Of a stretch of DNA of 64,000 bases, positions 51,073-61,973 are shown one piece after another. This DNA comes from Bacteroidota bacterium (lineage in GTDB: Bacteria > Bacteroidota > Bacteroidia > Chitinophagales > Chitinophagaceae): assembly GCA_013289015.1 (NCBI GenBank), contig JABDAV010000006.1, positions 653 to 64,652 on the forward strand, read 5' to 3'. The notes beneath the pieces were generated by a model, which saw only the letters and a program-made list of their open reading frames with translations, did no database searches and was not told where the DNA came from. The position numbers and the translations under genes were made by a program. Every line of letters starts with the position of its first letter. Position 1 is the first letter of the stretch.

Positions 51073-52470
51073 ATGAAGAAAATTATATCACTATCACTTT
51101 GCCTTATTGCTGCAATTTTTTCTTTCAGCCAAAACGGCACCAATGAACAATTGGAGAAATCTGTTGATAGCTTAATTGCTACTCAATTCAAACCAAACGA
51201 ACCGGGCGGTTCTATTTTAATCGCAGATAAAAATGGAATAATTTATAAGAAAGCCTTTGGCAGCGCTAATGTAGAATTGAATGTGGCTGTGCAATCAGAT
51301 ATGATTTTTAGAATCGGTTCTATTACAAAACAGTTTACAGCCATCGGCATTTTACAATTGGTTGAACAGGGAAAAATTTCTTTGCAGGATAGCATTCAAA
51401 AATATATTCCGGATTATCCTTCCAAAGGTTATACAATTACGATTGAAAATTTATTAACGCATACGTCAGGCATTCCTGATTATTCAAACGCGGATACAAC
51501 ACATAACCAATATATAGAAAGACATGATTTCACACCGCAGCAAATCATTAAATATTTTGATTACATGCCTTTGGAATTTAAACCCGGAACAAAATATAAT
51601 TATTCAAATTCAGGCTATGTATTGCTGGCATACATTATTCAACAGGTAACCGGCGAAGATTATCATCAGTACATGAAAGAAAATGTTATTAGTCGCGCAG
51701 GTCTACAACATACATTGTTTGATGATGAGCATACTATTATTCCAAACCGTGTTGAAGGTTATACAAGAGACAAAGGCTTCTTTGAGAACTGCGAATATCA
51801 AACAGCATCACTGGCATTTGGCTGTGGCGATTTAATGTCAACCACTGAGGATTTATATCAATGGAACAAAGGGCTGCTTGCTTATAAACTTGTAAGTAAA
51901 GAAACGTTGAACAAAGCTTTTAGGCCTTATAAATTAAATGATGATTCTTATACAAATTATGGCTACGGATGGTTTGTTGATAGCTTCGGAGTAAAACGAA
52001 TTCATCATGAAGGACAGGTAAACGGCTTCACTGCATTTGAAGAATATTATCCTGGCAAAGATGTGTATGTTTCTATTTTAACCAATCAATTATCAGGTGA
52101 AGACACAACAGATTTCAGCGACAAAAGATTTCGGTTGTTTAATAATGTTTTTCAACTCGCATTAGGTAACATGTTGGAAAAAGAAGCAACAGTTAATGAT
52201 GCATTACTGGATGAATACATAGGTACATACCAGGCAGTAATTAAAAAAAGTGAGACACTCACAATCTATAAAGAGCAAGGTAAATTATACATGGACCTTT
52301 CAAATAAAACCGGCAGGCACATGGTAATGCAACCACTTTCCAAGACTTTATTTTTATTGCCAGATGTAATGCGCATAAGATCCACTGCTGAATTTATAAG
52401 AGAAAACGGAAAAGTTACAAAAGCCATTTTCACGCAGGAGAAAGCATATGAATGGATAAAGATTAAATAA
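51073..52470 (+). CDS. Beta-lactamase-like serine hydrolase
   Basis: FRIGSITKQF (SxxK), LLTHTSG, YSNSGY. Confidence 0.88.
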   Translation: MKKIISLSLCLIAAIFSFSQNGTNEQLEKSVDSLIATQFKPNEPGGSILIADKNGIIYKKAFGSANVELNVAVQSDMIFRIGSITKQFTAIGILQLVEQGKISLQDSIQKYIPDYPSKGYTITIENLLTHTSGIPDYSNADTTHNQYIERHDFTPQQIIKYFDYMPLEFKPGTKYNYSNSGYVLLAYIIQQVTGEDYHQYMKENVISRAGLQHTLFDDEHTIIPNRVEGYTRDKGFFENCEYQTASLAFGCGDLMSTTEDLYQWNKGLLAYKLVSKETLNKAFRPYKLNDDSYTNYGYGWFVDSFGVKRIHHEGQVNGFTAFEEYYPGKDVYVSILTNQLSGEDTTDFSDKRFRLFNNVFQLALGNMLEKEATVNDALLDEYIGTYQAVIKKSETLTIYKEQGKLYMDLSNKTGRHMVMQPLSKTLFLLPDVMRIRSTAEFIRENGKVTKAIFTQEKAYEWIKIK

Positions 52471-52472
52471 AA

Positions 52473-53861
52473 ATGATCATGAAAAATTATAAACACTTTT
52501 CTTTCTTTATCTTTTTTAATATAATAGTTTTTACTTCAAACATAAATGCACAAAATGATTCCATCACACAAAAACTGGATGAATATTTACAAGCAGCCAA
52601 TAAAGTAAATAAGTTTAACGGCAATGCATTGATTGTACAACAAGGGGAAGTTTTATTGCAAAAAAGTTATGGCTATAAAAATTTTGCCACACATGTTTTA
52701 AATGATTCAAACACTATTTTTCAAATTGGTTCTGTCACCAAACAATTTACAGCAACCGTTATTTTAAAATTGCAGGAAGAAGGCAAGCTTTCTGTACAGG
52801 ATAAACTCAGCAAATATTTTCCGCAATTCAAGTATGCAAATAAAATAACGCTTGAAAATTTGCTAACACACACTTCAGGTATTTACAATTATACGAATGA
52901 TATTGATGAAGCAGACTCTGCTATAGTTTGCAACCCGGCAGACAAGCAACTGGCGCTCGATCTTATATTTAAGCACAACCTGGATTTTAAGCCGGGCACA
53001 CAATTCCGCTATTGTAATTCAGGTTACTATTTGCTGGGAATGATCATAGAAAAAGTAACAGGCAAATCTTATGAACAGAATGTACGTGATATCATTTTCA
53101 CGCCCTTGCAAATGACACATTCCCTGTTTGATTTTAAACATTCAGCAGATACAAACATTGCAACGGGTTATCAAACTTTAAATGATTCAATTCAGAAAGA
53201 AGCATCAGCCTGGCGATGGGATTCAACAGTGTCTTATGCAGCCGGTGCAATCTGGAGCACAACAGGTGATATGCATAAATGGGCACAGGCAATTGCAGAT
53301 AAAAAAATTCTTGCTGCCGAATCATGGAAGGCGATGCTTACACCGCATCTTGACAAATACGGTTATGGCGTTTACATTGATTCTGTCTTTAACAAACAAA
53401 CCATTTCACATGGTGGGGGTTTGGCTGGTTTTATTACATATTTATGTTATTATCCAGGTGAAGATGTAACCGTTATTTTGTTGAATAATGAAGGTTGGTT
53501 TGGCGAAGCATTGAATGGAATCAGTACTGATCTCTCAGCCATTATTTTTCATAAATCTTATGAATTAATGAGTGATCATGTTAGTATAAAGCTTCCTGAT
53601 GTTGTTCTGAAAAAATATATTGGTCAATATGATTTTGACAAAAAACATCATGCATACATCACATTGGAAAATGAACAATTGCAATTGGAAGCGCCACAAG
53701 GTGGTTTGCCAAAGTCTCCTTTATTCGCAGAAGATGAAACTAATTTCTACCTGAAAATTATTAATGCAAGAATTGAATTTGTAAAAGATGCTTCAGGCAA
53801 TATTACCGGCCTTATTTCATACTACAACGGCAAAGATGAGTTTTGCAAAAAGGTGAGATAG
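52473..53861 (+). CDS. Beta-lactamase-like serine hydrolase with C-terminal DUF3471-like domain
   Basis: GSVTKQF, LLTHTSG, YCNSGY, HGGG. Confidence 0.88.
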   Translation: MIMKNYKHFSFFIFFNIIVFTSNINAQNDSITQKLDEYLQAANKVNKFNGNALIVQQGEVLLQKSYGYKNFATHVLNDSNTIFQIGSVTKQFTATVILKLQEEGKLSVQDKLSKYFPQFKYANKITLENLLTHTSGIYNYTNDIDEADSAIVCNPADKQLALDLIFKHNLDFKPGTQFRYCNSGYYLLGMIIEKVTGKSYEQNVRDIIFTPLQMTHSLFDFKHSADTNIATGYQTLNDSIQKEASAWRWDSTVSYAAGAIWSTTGDMHKWAQAIADKKILAAESWKAMLTPHLDKYGYGVYIDSVFNKQTISHGGGLAGFITYLCYYPGEDVTVILLNNEGWFGEALNGISTDLSAIIFHKSYELMSDHVSIKLPDVVLKKYIGQYDFDKKHHAYITLENEQLQLEAPQGGLPKSPLFAEDETNFYLKIINARIEFVKDASGNITGLISYYNGKDEFCKKVR

Positions 53862-53895
53862 ATGCTTATTCAACCATGCATTTATATCTCTATTG

Positions 53896-56800
53896 TTATG
53901 GCCCGGGTGGTGCAATAGATATGCGCAATTCAATACCTGCTCTTGTATTAGTGATCGGCGCCGATGTTGATATATATGGAATGATGCGCTGTTGATCAAA
54001 ATAGAATTTCAGATCAATGCGATTGTTGATTAAATAATCAAACGAAGGTTGTATGCTGATCGTTTTTTGGCCACCAGTACTATAAGCCGTTGGTTGATCG
54101 AGCCTGCTGTTTGTTTGCAGGTCGTTGCGCAAAGCCAGGTCAAGTGTTACATTTAAATCTGTTTGCCCCGGTTTTGCCTTAATAAACGGAAATTTAAAAG
54201 GCAGATCCACCCCATGCTTTCTGTAGGTGCCGCCAAAAGTTACAGAGCTGCTGCTTACTTCACTTAACTGGTAATCGTACAAACTTAAACTTAACTGCCT
54301 GCTCTTTGCATATTCAAAACGCAATGCAGTTTGATTATTGGTAGTAACATCAATACCTATTAACGGCGCAAACTGTTCCTGTATAGTTAAGTTTGGAATT
54401 AAGAAATACGGAATATAGTTGCCCGATATCGGGTCTATAAAAGCAGGCTGGCCAAGATGCAGCGGATCATAATATAGTAATGAACTGGTGAAGCTGTTCA
54501 TACTAAATGTACTGTTATATCCGTGCGTGATGGTTATGTTGCTGAACACATTTGCAAGCGCAGGTATGCGTGTTAACCCGGTGTAAGTAAGACGCCAGTT
54601 AGGCAATGCATGTATACCGTTGAATGGATTTGCCTTTATACTGGAATTGTCCTGGTTAATAAGCGGAATTGAATTCGGATCTTTTTCTGTATATGCCGCA
54701 ATAAACGAAGGAAGCAATACATCCTGCTGGTAACGCCCGTAACCTGTGGGGAAACCATCGCCCTGGAATGTTTTATCCCAATAGCTGTTTGCATTCGCCA
54801 GTCTCTTAGCTATAATGATACGATCGTCCTGGAATTTTTGGAATGTTTGCGATACTTCGTTTGGATTACTCTTTTTAAATAAAGTCTGGAAACTGATGTA
54901 AGAAACACTGAAGCCGCCACCCGCTAAAGGACTTAAATGGCTAAAGTTATCATTAGTTGGGTCGGATGAAATATTCTTGAATAATTCCGAATAATTTTTA
55001 GAGAATGTTTTCTGAAAATTCAGGTCAACATTAAATTCACGGAAAGGTTCAAGTTGGCCGGTTATGTTGATCTGCTGCTGATAATCCTGTGTGTAAACAA
55101 GATTGAATAAACTATCTTTTGTAATTACGCCTTCCCTTGCTTTTTGATTCAACCAATTTGAATCAGGTTGCCTGCCAAAAATGTAGTCATATCCCGGCTG
55201 ATTGGAAGCCTGGTTTTGCCCTAAATAACCGGTGCCTGTTGTAATACCAGGCACACGGCTGTCATAACCTGTATTGTAGCTCACCGATACATGCTTGACC
55301 ATTGTTATCAGCTGGCCTGCAACTTTTACAGCACCGTTCATTTGTCCCTGTTCTTTATTCTTGCGCTGTTGTTTTTTGTAATCTCTTTTTTGCTGGCGCC
55401 ATTTCTGCAAAGCATTGCGCTTTTCAAAACCTTTTAATTTATTTCCGGCAGAATCTTTTAAAATTTCTGCTCTTGGCTTCGGCGGTTGAATGCTGTCGTT
55501 AGGGTTTGCTACGTTATTTGTATTATCAGAAGGCTGACTTACAGCATTAAAGAATTTTGATTTTGAATACAATCGCGGAAAATCAAATTCGCCGGTTAAA
55601 CTGTTTTGTTGTGAGTTTTGAATAATATTACCGAGACTCACAGCAAGCAAACTTGCACCAGTCCAGCTATAGGTAGTTGTATAGCTGTAGTGCGCATTGA
55701 TCCAGTCTGTGATTGGCAATTTTGAGAACGGAATATTATAGCTTATTGTGGCATGCTGCTGATACATTGTATTCCTGCCTGCCTGAAAGAAATTTTCCTC
55801 TACTGTGTCTTTTTTTGCCTTTGTGTCTAACTGGCCGTACGGTTCATCAATTCTTGCATTGGCTATAGCAGAAAAATCAAGGTTAAGGCTGCGTGTAAAA
55901 TCCCATCTTAAATTATAATACCTGTCCATGGTAAAATACTTATCGTAGGTTGTATCAACGCGCTCAATTTTAGAATCGTATGTATCCACAATACGCGGAA
56001 TAAAAATGCCATACTGCCGGTTTATATCATAGCGCACACTCAGCAACGAAGGCACATAATTAAAGTTGAAATCTCTTATAGGTGCAAGCCAGGCACTATG
56101 GTTCTTTATAACATTTTTAAATGGCTCTTTGAATTTCGAGGGGGCGTTGAATGTATAACCCAAACCACCATGGTATTTCTTTATGTCGTTTTTTAATACG
56201 GTAGGATTGGTTTCATCAAATTCGGTATAGGAATAGCTGAAATCAAAATTACTTATACTCCATAATCGTGTTTTTGCACCTGGTTGCCCAAACCGCACAT
56301 TGGTAAAGTTTACGGTTTTAATGGTAGTGATATCTGTTGCAGCTTTTTTTACAGAATCCCTGTTGTTGGTCATGTTTAATTTGTCCCGATATAATACATC
56401 AAGATCATAAGGATCATATTCAGGCGTAAGAATTGTTTTATTGATGCTTGCATATACAGGAATGGAGAAGCCCAGCTTTTGAGGCGTTAGTTTTCCAAGA
56501 TCTAAATTCAGCGCAGCATCATACTGGAACATATTATCAAGCGCACGCTGGCTGATCTGCTGATCAATGGAACCGAAACCGTAAGAATATGTGTTGGCAG
56601 ATGCGGTTAAGGTTCCAAGATCAGCCAACTGCATATCTACTCTTCCCAGTGCAGCATAACCACCCTTTTCATCAATTTTGGATAAACGCAATTCATTCAC
56701 CCAAACTTCTGTACTTATAGTATTGGTTGTTTCATTCTCTATCGCAATGAGTATGCCCTGAACATCACCCAGGTTAGGATTACCTTTTACTGAATAATTG

Positions 56801-59800
56801 CGGTTGCCGACAGCTTCTGTATAATAGCCTGTTATAGGATAATTTTTTGAATCGCGCCTTAATTTAAGCTGAACAAGATCATTCAGTGCAAGATTTAAAT
56901 TGTTAGAATCAGGCCAGATCTGTTCTGCAGTAGTGCTGCCAAACTGCGTTATCTGTAAAGGAATTTTTACTTCATAATAATTATCAAGAAAATCCTGGCC
57001 TATACGAATCACTGCATCAACATTACCATTCGCAAGAGGCGGAGATTGTTTTAAACCTGATTCAGCATGAATAAACATATCCATTTGTCCATATTGCCTC
57101 AGATCAAGATCAAGCGTTTTAAATACAGCTCTTGAAGTCTTTTTTTCAAGATTATTTATCTGGAGGCTCATTGCCTGTTCGTTCTGTAAAAGATTAACGC
57201 CGTTATTGCTCAACTCCTGTACTCTTTCAATGCCCGGAGGTATTACATAAGGTATCGGCTGGCGATTACTGTTCTCTTCCACATTCACTGCAAGCACATT
57301 AATAGATGAATTGGATGTAACGGGTGCATAAGCGCCTACAGTATCTACATTATAAGTAAAAGTTCTCCATTGATTGCGCACAAGATCCAAGGTAGCAAAA
57401 CGCAATACAACAACAGAATCTTCAAAACCTGTCATGTACATGCGCATGAAACGGATGGATTTGAAGTCCGGTATCTGGCCAACCTGACTGGTGAAGTCTT
57501 TTATAGGCACCCTGAACAGGTACCAGTTTTCCGGTGCTGTGGAGCCATCAGCCAAACGCGGGTTCACCACTTTCTGATCGGTAATATATTTTGAATTGCC
57601 TACAGCCATTCCAGGTTTAAGATCTACTTCATACTCATAATATTCTTCCGTTTCATTTAAAGTATTGTCGTGATTCAGGTCTTCATTATCAGGATACAAG
57701 GTTGCTGCAGGTGAAAATGGCGAGTTGCCTGTATATATCGGAGAATTGCCCTGAGGATTATTATACTCTTTATAACGTCCCAGGATGCCTGTTCCTGCTG
57801 CATCGTAGCTCGCATCACGATACCACACATAATCATCGTTGGAAGGATCGGCTGAAGCCTGTTTATAAAAGAGCGAAGCGGCTCCGAAATTATTTGCTAT
57901 ATCACTCAGGTAAGCTTTACGTTTAACTCTTTCCGAGTCATCACCCAATCCATCAAACCCCACATCCTGGTAAGGTCTGTCGTTAGGGTCATTGCTGAAT
58001 GCCTGCGTAACCTGTATGGGGTTAATGGGTGTACTGCCCCAAACTGATGTTGCATCAACAACTGCAGGAATGGTTGGTGTAGGCAAACCATTTTCATAAA
58101 AACGCCTTCCGTCTTTCAGAATATCTTCACTTATACTTCCAAGATCTATGTATAGTTTTCCGCCTTTACTGTTTGGAGTTTTAATGAACGGATCCTGTAC
58201 CCAGAATTCAATATATTCAATATTGCCGGTTTCAAAATCGGTTTGATCGAGTGCACGCATGATGCCGCCCCAACGCTTCTGGGGATCTGTCAACATGCCG
58301 TTTCCATCCACATCGGCGGGGTCGTCTGTAAAATTGTACGGGCCTCTTTCTGAGGGATAATAGGCAAGGTCGAAAGTTGTTGTAATTACATCCGTAATAT
58401 TCGTTGTTTTTTGCGGGAACAATTCATTTGTGTACACCTGCCGCACTCTTGGATCGCTCAACTCTTTCAGGTTACTACGCAAAGGGTTGTTCGGGCTCGT
58501 TTTATCCTGCAATGTTGGTTCGATATTATACCAGGCCAGTTTTGCCCTGTTCTTACCATAAGTAAGATCGTTGGTTAAAGTGCCTTCAGGAAACAATCCA
58601 TTATTTTGCGGCGTTGATGCCAGTGCCCATGAAATATAAGGAAACCGAAGATCCACACTGCTCGTCGCTCCTTCAAAATCATCAATGTAAATCAAACCTT
58701 CACTTCCTTTGCCTATCTGTGGCGGATGCCCGGGTTTTAAAGCTGCTGCTTCTCCGTAAGCTGTGATGGAGCTTGGCGCACTTGAATTATAAAAAGGTAA
58801 TTTATTTATCAGGCGCGTTAATTCAGGTAGTTGATTCTGGTAGTTGAAATCAACTCCATACATCGTATTACGAATCGGGTCTTCACCATAATTTACTTTG
58901 GTAAAGAAAGGCCTTTCTGCCAACCGCTCTAAAGTACCGCCTATTGAAAAATGCTGGTTGGCAACATAATCAAGTCTTAATCCCAAAAAACTTCGCTGTT
59001 GAATGCCGTAAGTTGCATTGTTTTCAAACTGAACATTTACCGGTATCCCTGAATTAATAATTGCCTGGTTAATCACTTTTAAAGTACCGAGGTTATAATC
59101 GATGATATAATCCACATTCTCCTGCAAAACCTGGCCGCCTGCTGTTACTGTTACAGAACCCTGCGGAATATTAAACGCACCAAGATAAATGTCGGTACTT
59201 GAGCTTCCTTTTACTGTTCCCTGCAATACATAGCGGTCTAAGTTGGCATAGGTTTGAGCTATTGCTTTTATAGAATCGTATAAGGGCTGATAAACATACT
59301 GTTTTACCGTATCGGGATTCACACCATTAAAAGCGAGTGCCGCAAGGTCCTTACCAAATGGCTGCAGTACCGGAAAGATTACTTTCCCCTGCTGCGATAT
59401 CACAGTGAATCCATCCACAAAATCAAACAAACCATCAGGCTGCGGATCATTACGGTTATTCAACCGGTCCGCCCGTAATATCTGTATCAACGGGCTTCCG
59501 GAAACTGCCGGATCGCTTTGAGGTAAATATCTTTTTAAACCACCGCTTGGTTCCTGGTAAAGAACATTCAATTTAAAATCCTGTTGCTGCAATCCCGTAA
59601 CGTTAATTGAATAAACGTTCTTCATCATCAGTTGCCATATAGGAAGACTAACGCGCGCAGAGGTTGCTTTTAATAATTTTAAAAACAACATTTTTTGTAC
59701 GCCCTGGGTTGAATCTACAGTAATGTCCTGCGCAAATTCACCTACCTGGTAAACCCGTCCGTTATCAGTGTACTGGTAGGCAACAGCCAATACATCATCA

Positions 59801-61155
59801 GGCTGTAACTGCACATTTAATGAAAGAAAACCAACCTGCGGATTGTAATAATATTCAGTTGAATCAAGTTTGCGCGCGAATGTTTTCTCATAGTCGTTTA
59901 CAGGCTGTAAATTCTGCATAAGCAATAACCCGTTTACTAAAGAGGGATCCCTGTATCCCGGATTAGATAAAAGTTTACCATAAAGATCATTAGTATTGTT
60001 CTGAGGCAGACGGTCGGTACTTATAGTATGGATACTATTATTGGCTGCGGAATCTTCACCAAGGTCTGCAAAGCCAACAACGCTTCTTGTGTTCGTGGTT
60101 ATACCGGTTCTGTTTGTTACCCAAACTTCCATGCGCACGATCTGAACCTGGCTGTTCACAACCGGCAGGTTGCTCATGGCAAAATTGAAGTTTTTTCTAA
60201 AATATTGTGCTAATAAAAAGTGCCTGTTCTCATCATAATCATCCAGTTTTAAATTGATGTTCTGGCTTAAGCCACCGCCCTGTAATGCAAGTGATTGCTG
60301 TTGTGATTTCTGGCTTGCAATAGCGCCGGTTATAGAAAATTTTCCAAACTGCAATTGTGTTTTTACACCAAACAAACTTTGCGGACTACTCATTAAAGAG
60401 CCTTTGGTTTGAAATGAAATATTACCCGCTTCAACAGATTTTAATATTTCATCGTCCATTCCTTTATAATCAAGCTTGAGCTGGTTTTCATAATCAAAAT
60501 TGGCAAGAGTGTTATAGCTGATAGGAAGTTTTAATTTATCACCAATGCTTGCATCTATATTCAGGTTGGTGTTCATATTAAAATCCAAACCGCCGTTTTT
60601 ACGGGCGCTTTCCGGCAATGTTGGATTTTTTACTACCTGGCCCTGGTAGCCCATGGTAAGATCAATTGTACCCTGTGGTTTAATATCAACCTTAAGGCCG
60701 TTTGGCCCAACGCCAAACATGCGGTCAAAAAGTTTATCATATACATGCGGCGGCGGCCTTGATATTTTGCGGTTAAGGCTGAGCAAAGCCTGGGCACGCT
60801 GGTTGAAATAATCATCCTCCTGTTGCTGGCTTTTCAGCCTGTACATTTCATCAAAAGTGAGATATGTTGGTATGCGGTAGTTTATATCGCCTACCTTTTC
60901 AGTTATATAATATTGGTTGGTAACAGGATCGTACTCAATATCCTGTTGTATTATAGAACTATCATTTATATCAAAAGGATTATAATAAGGCGAACCAAAA
61001 GGGTCTCCCCTCCTGTCCTGCAAAGGATAATGAAGGCTGTCATGCAAAGAATATGAAAGGCTGTCGTGCTTTTGAGCAATTACCACATTGCATAATAACA
61101 CAGTGCCCAAGAGGACAATTAATAAAAATCTACTTACAATAAAAAGGTTTCTCAA
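53896..61155 (-). CDS. sprA: T9SS translocon SprA
   Basis: 2419 aa, YDENRHFLL, LMMKNVY, WGGIMR, WVNELRL; ruvA-sprA synteny. Confidence 0.95.
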   Translation of the reverse strand: MRNLFIVSRFLLIVLLGTVLLCNVVIAQKHDSLSYSLHDSLHYPLQDRRGDPFGSPYYNPFDINDSSIIQQDIEYDPVTNQYYITEKVGDINYRIPTYLTFDEMYRLKSQQQEDDYFNQRAQALLSLNRKISRPPPHVYDKLFDRMFGVGPNGLKVDIKPQGTIDLTMGYQGQVVKNPTLPESARKNGGLDFNMNTNLNIDASIGDKLKLPISYNTLANFDYENQLKLDYKGMDDEILKSVEAGNISFQTKGSLMSSPQSLFGVKTQLQFGKFSITGAIASQKSQQQSLALQGGGLSQNINLKLDDYDENRHFLLAQYFRKNFNFAMSNLPVVNSQVQIVRMEVWVTNRTGITTNTRSVVGFADLGEDSAANNSIHTISTDRLPQNNTNDLYGKLLSNPGYRDPSLVNGLLLMQNLQPVNDYEKTFARKLDSTEYYYNPQVGFLSLNVQLQPDDVLAVAYQYTDNGRVYQVGEFAQDITVDSTQGVQKMLFLKLLKATSARVSLPIWQLMMKNVYSINVTGLQQQDFKLNVLYQEPSGGLKRYLPQSDPAVSGSPLIQILRADRLNNRNDPQPDGLFDFVDGFTVISQQGKVIFPVLQPFGKDLAALAFNGVNPDTVKQYVYQPLYDSIKAIAQTYANLDRYVLQGTVKGSSSTDIYLGAFNIPQGSVTVTAGGQVLQENVDYIIDYNLGTLKVINQAIINSGIPVNVQFENNATYGIQQRSFLGLRLDYVANQHFSIGGTLERLAERPFFTKVNYGEDPIRNTMYGVDFNYQNQLPELTRLINKLPFYNSSAPSSITAYGEAAALKPGHPPQIGKGSEGLIYIDDFEGATSSVDLRFPYISWALASTPQNNGLFPEGTLTNDLTYGKNRAKLAWYNIEPTLQDKTSPNNPLRSNLKELSDPRVRQVYTNELFPQKTTNITDVITTTFDLAYYPSERGPYNFTDDPADVDGNGMLTDPQKRWGGIMRALDQTDFETGNIEYIEFWVQDPFIKTPNSKGGKLYIDLGSISEDILKDGRRFYENGLPTPTIPAVVDATSVWGSTPINPIQVTQAFSNDPNDRPYQDVGFDGLGDDSERVKRKAYLSDIANNFGAASLFYKQASADPSNDDYVWYRDASYDAAGTGILGRYKEYNNPQGNSPIYTGNSPFSPAATLYPDNEDLNHDNTLNETEEYYEYEVDLKPGMAVGNSKYITDQKVVNPRLADGSTAPENWYLFRVPIKDFTSQVGQIPDFKSIRFMRMYMTGFEDSVVVLRFATLDLVRNQWRTFTYNVDTVGAYAPVTSNSSINVLAVNVEENSNRQPIPYVIPPGIERVQELSNNGVNLLQNEQAMSLQINNLEKKTSRAVFKTLDLDLRQYGQMDMFIHAESGLKQSPPLANGNVDAVIRIGQDFLDNYYEVKIPLQITQFGSTTAEQIWPDSNNLNLALNDLVQLKLRRDSKNYPITGYYTEAVGNRNYSVKGNPNLGDVQGILIAIENETTNTISTEVWVNELRLSKIDEKGGYAALGRVDMQLADLGTLTASANTYSYGFGSIDQQISQRALDNMFQYDAALNLDLGKLTPQKLGFSIPVYASINKTILTPEYDPYDLDVLYRDKLNMTNNRDSVKKAATDITTIKTVNFTNVRFGQPGAKTRLWSISNFDFSYSYTEFDETNPTVLKNDIKKYHGGLGYTFNAPSKFKEPFKNVIKNHSAWLAPIRDFNFNYVPSLLSVRYDINRQYGIFIPRIVDTYDSKIERVDTTYDKYFTMDRYYNLRWDFTRSLNLDFSAIANARIDEPYGQLDTKAKKDTVEENFFQAGRNTMYQQHATISYNIPFSKLPITDWINAHYSYTTTYSWTGASLLAVSLGNIIQNSQQNSLTGEFDFPRLYSKSKFFNAVSQPSDNTNNVANPNDSIQPPKPRAEILKDSAGNKLKGFEKRNALQKWRQQKRDYKKQQRKNKEQGQMNGAVKVAGQLITMVKHVSVSYNTGYDSRVPGITTGTGYLGQNQASNQPGYDYIFGRQPDSNWLNQKAREGVITKDSLFNLVYTQDYQQQINITGQLEPFREFNVDLNFQKTFSKNYSELFKNISSDPTNDNFSHLSPLAGGGFSVSYISFQTLFKKSNPNEVSQTFQKFQDDRIIIAKRLANANSYWDKTFQGDGFPTGYGRYQQDVLLPSFIAAYTEKDPNSIPLINQDNSSIKANPFNGIHALPNWRLTYTGLTRIPALANVFSNITITHGYNSTFSMNSFTSSLLYYDPLHLGQPAFIDPISGNYIPYFLIPNLTIQEQFAPLIGIDVTTNNQTALRFEYAKSRQLSLSLYDYQLSEVSSSSVTFGGTYRKHGVDLPFKFPFIKAKPGQTDLNVTLDLALRNDLQTNSRLDQPTAYSTGGQKTISIQPSFDYLINNRIDLKFYFDQQRIIPYISTSAPITNTRAGIELRISIAPPGP

Positions 61156-61192
61156 GATTTGTAGCCCGGTTAGGTAGAATTTTTTCTATATG

Positions 61193-61774
61193 CTATAAGT
61201 TTTTTAGTGCGAGTTTAATAATGTTTTCTACTGAGGAGTTATTATTGGATGAAAGTACTTTTTTTATGGCTGTTTCAGCAATATTTTTTTGTATTCCTAA
61301 TGCTATTAAAGCATTTAATGCGTCTGATTCAACGTTATTAATTGCATACGCAGAATTAGTTGTTTGGGTTTGCAGGCGATTCAGCTTATCTTTCAATTCA
61401 AGTACAATACGTTCTGCCGTTTTTTTGCCTATGCCTTTGATACTCTCCAGTTGCCTGGTGTTTCCGTTTACAATGCTCCTGATTATCTCATCAGGTTTCA
61501 ACCCGCTCAACATCATCCTCGCTGTAGAAGCACCAACGCCGGAAACGCTTATTAATTGCATGAAAAGCTCTTTTTCCTGCTGTTCAAAAAAACCATACAA
61601 CGTTTGACTATTCTCCGTAATATGTAAATAGGTGAACAGCTTGCCTTTTTCTTTATCGGCTATGGCCGAGTAAGTATTCAGGCTGATCTGCAGATCATAC
61701 CCAACTCCATTTACATCTACAACAACCTGTGATGGCAGTTTGATAACAAAATCTCCGTTTACAAATGCGATCAT
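61193..61774 (-). CDS. ruvA: Holliday junction branch migration protein RuvA
   Basis: VNGVGY, LYGF, VSGVG, IKGIGKKTAERIVLELKDK. Confidence 0.96.
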   Translation of the reverse strand: MIAFVNGDFVIKLPSQVVVDVNGVGYDLQISLNTYSAIADKEKGKLFTYLHITENSQTLYGFFEQQEKELFMQLISVSGVGASTARMMLSGLKPDEIIRSIVNGNTRQLESIKGIGKKTAERIVLELKDKLNRLQTQTTNSAYAINNVESDALNALIALGIQKNIAETAIKKVLSSNNNSSVENIIKLALKNL

Positions 61775-61973
61775 ACGATGGGCCCAAAAATATGGTTTTC
61801 AGAATTATGAACGCATTTTTATAAAAGAAATCGTTTAGATCAATTCCGATGCTTCTTTTCTGAAATCATTTCTTTATAATTTGTCGAAACATTGAGCAAA
61901 ATAAAACAGCGGTGCAATAATTCTTTAATGAAAAATTACTCCGCTGCTTTATTAATATTCTACTTAACAGGTC

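Noticed and set aside
51073-53861. Bona fide antibiotic-resistance beta-lactamases
   Set aside because: Motifs fit the broad serine hydrolase family common in Chitinophagaceae; substrate cannot be inferred
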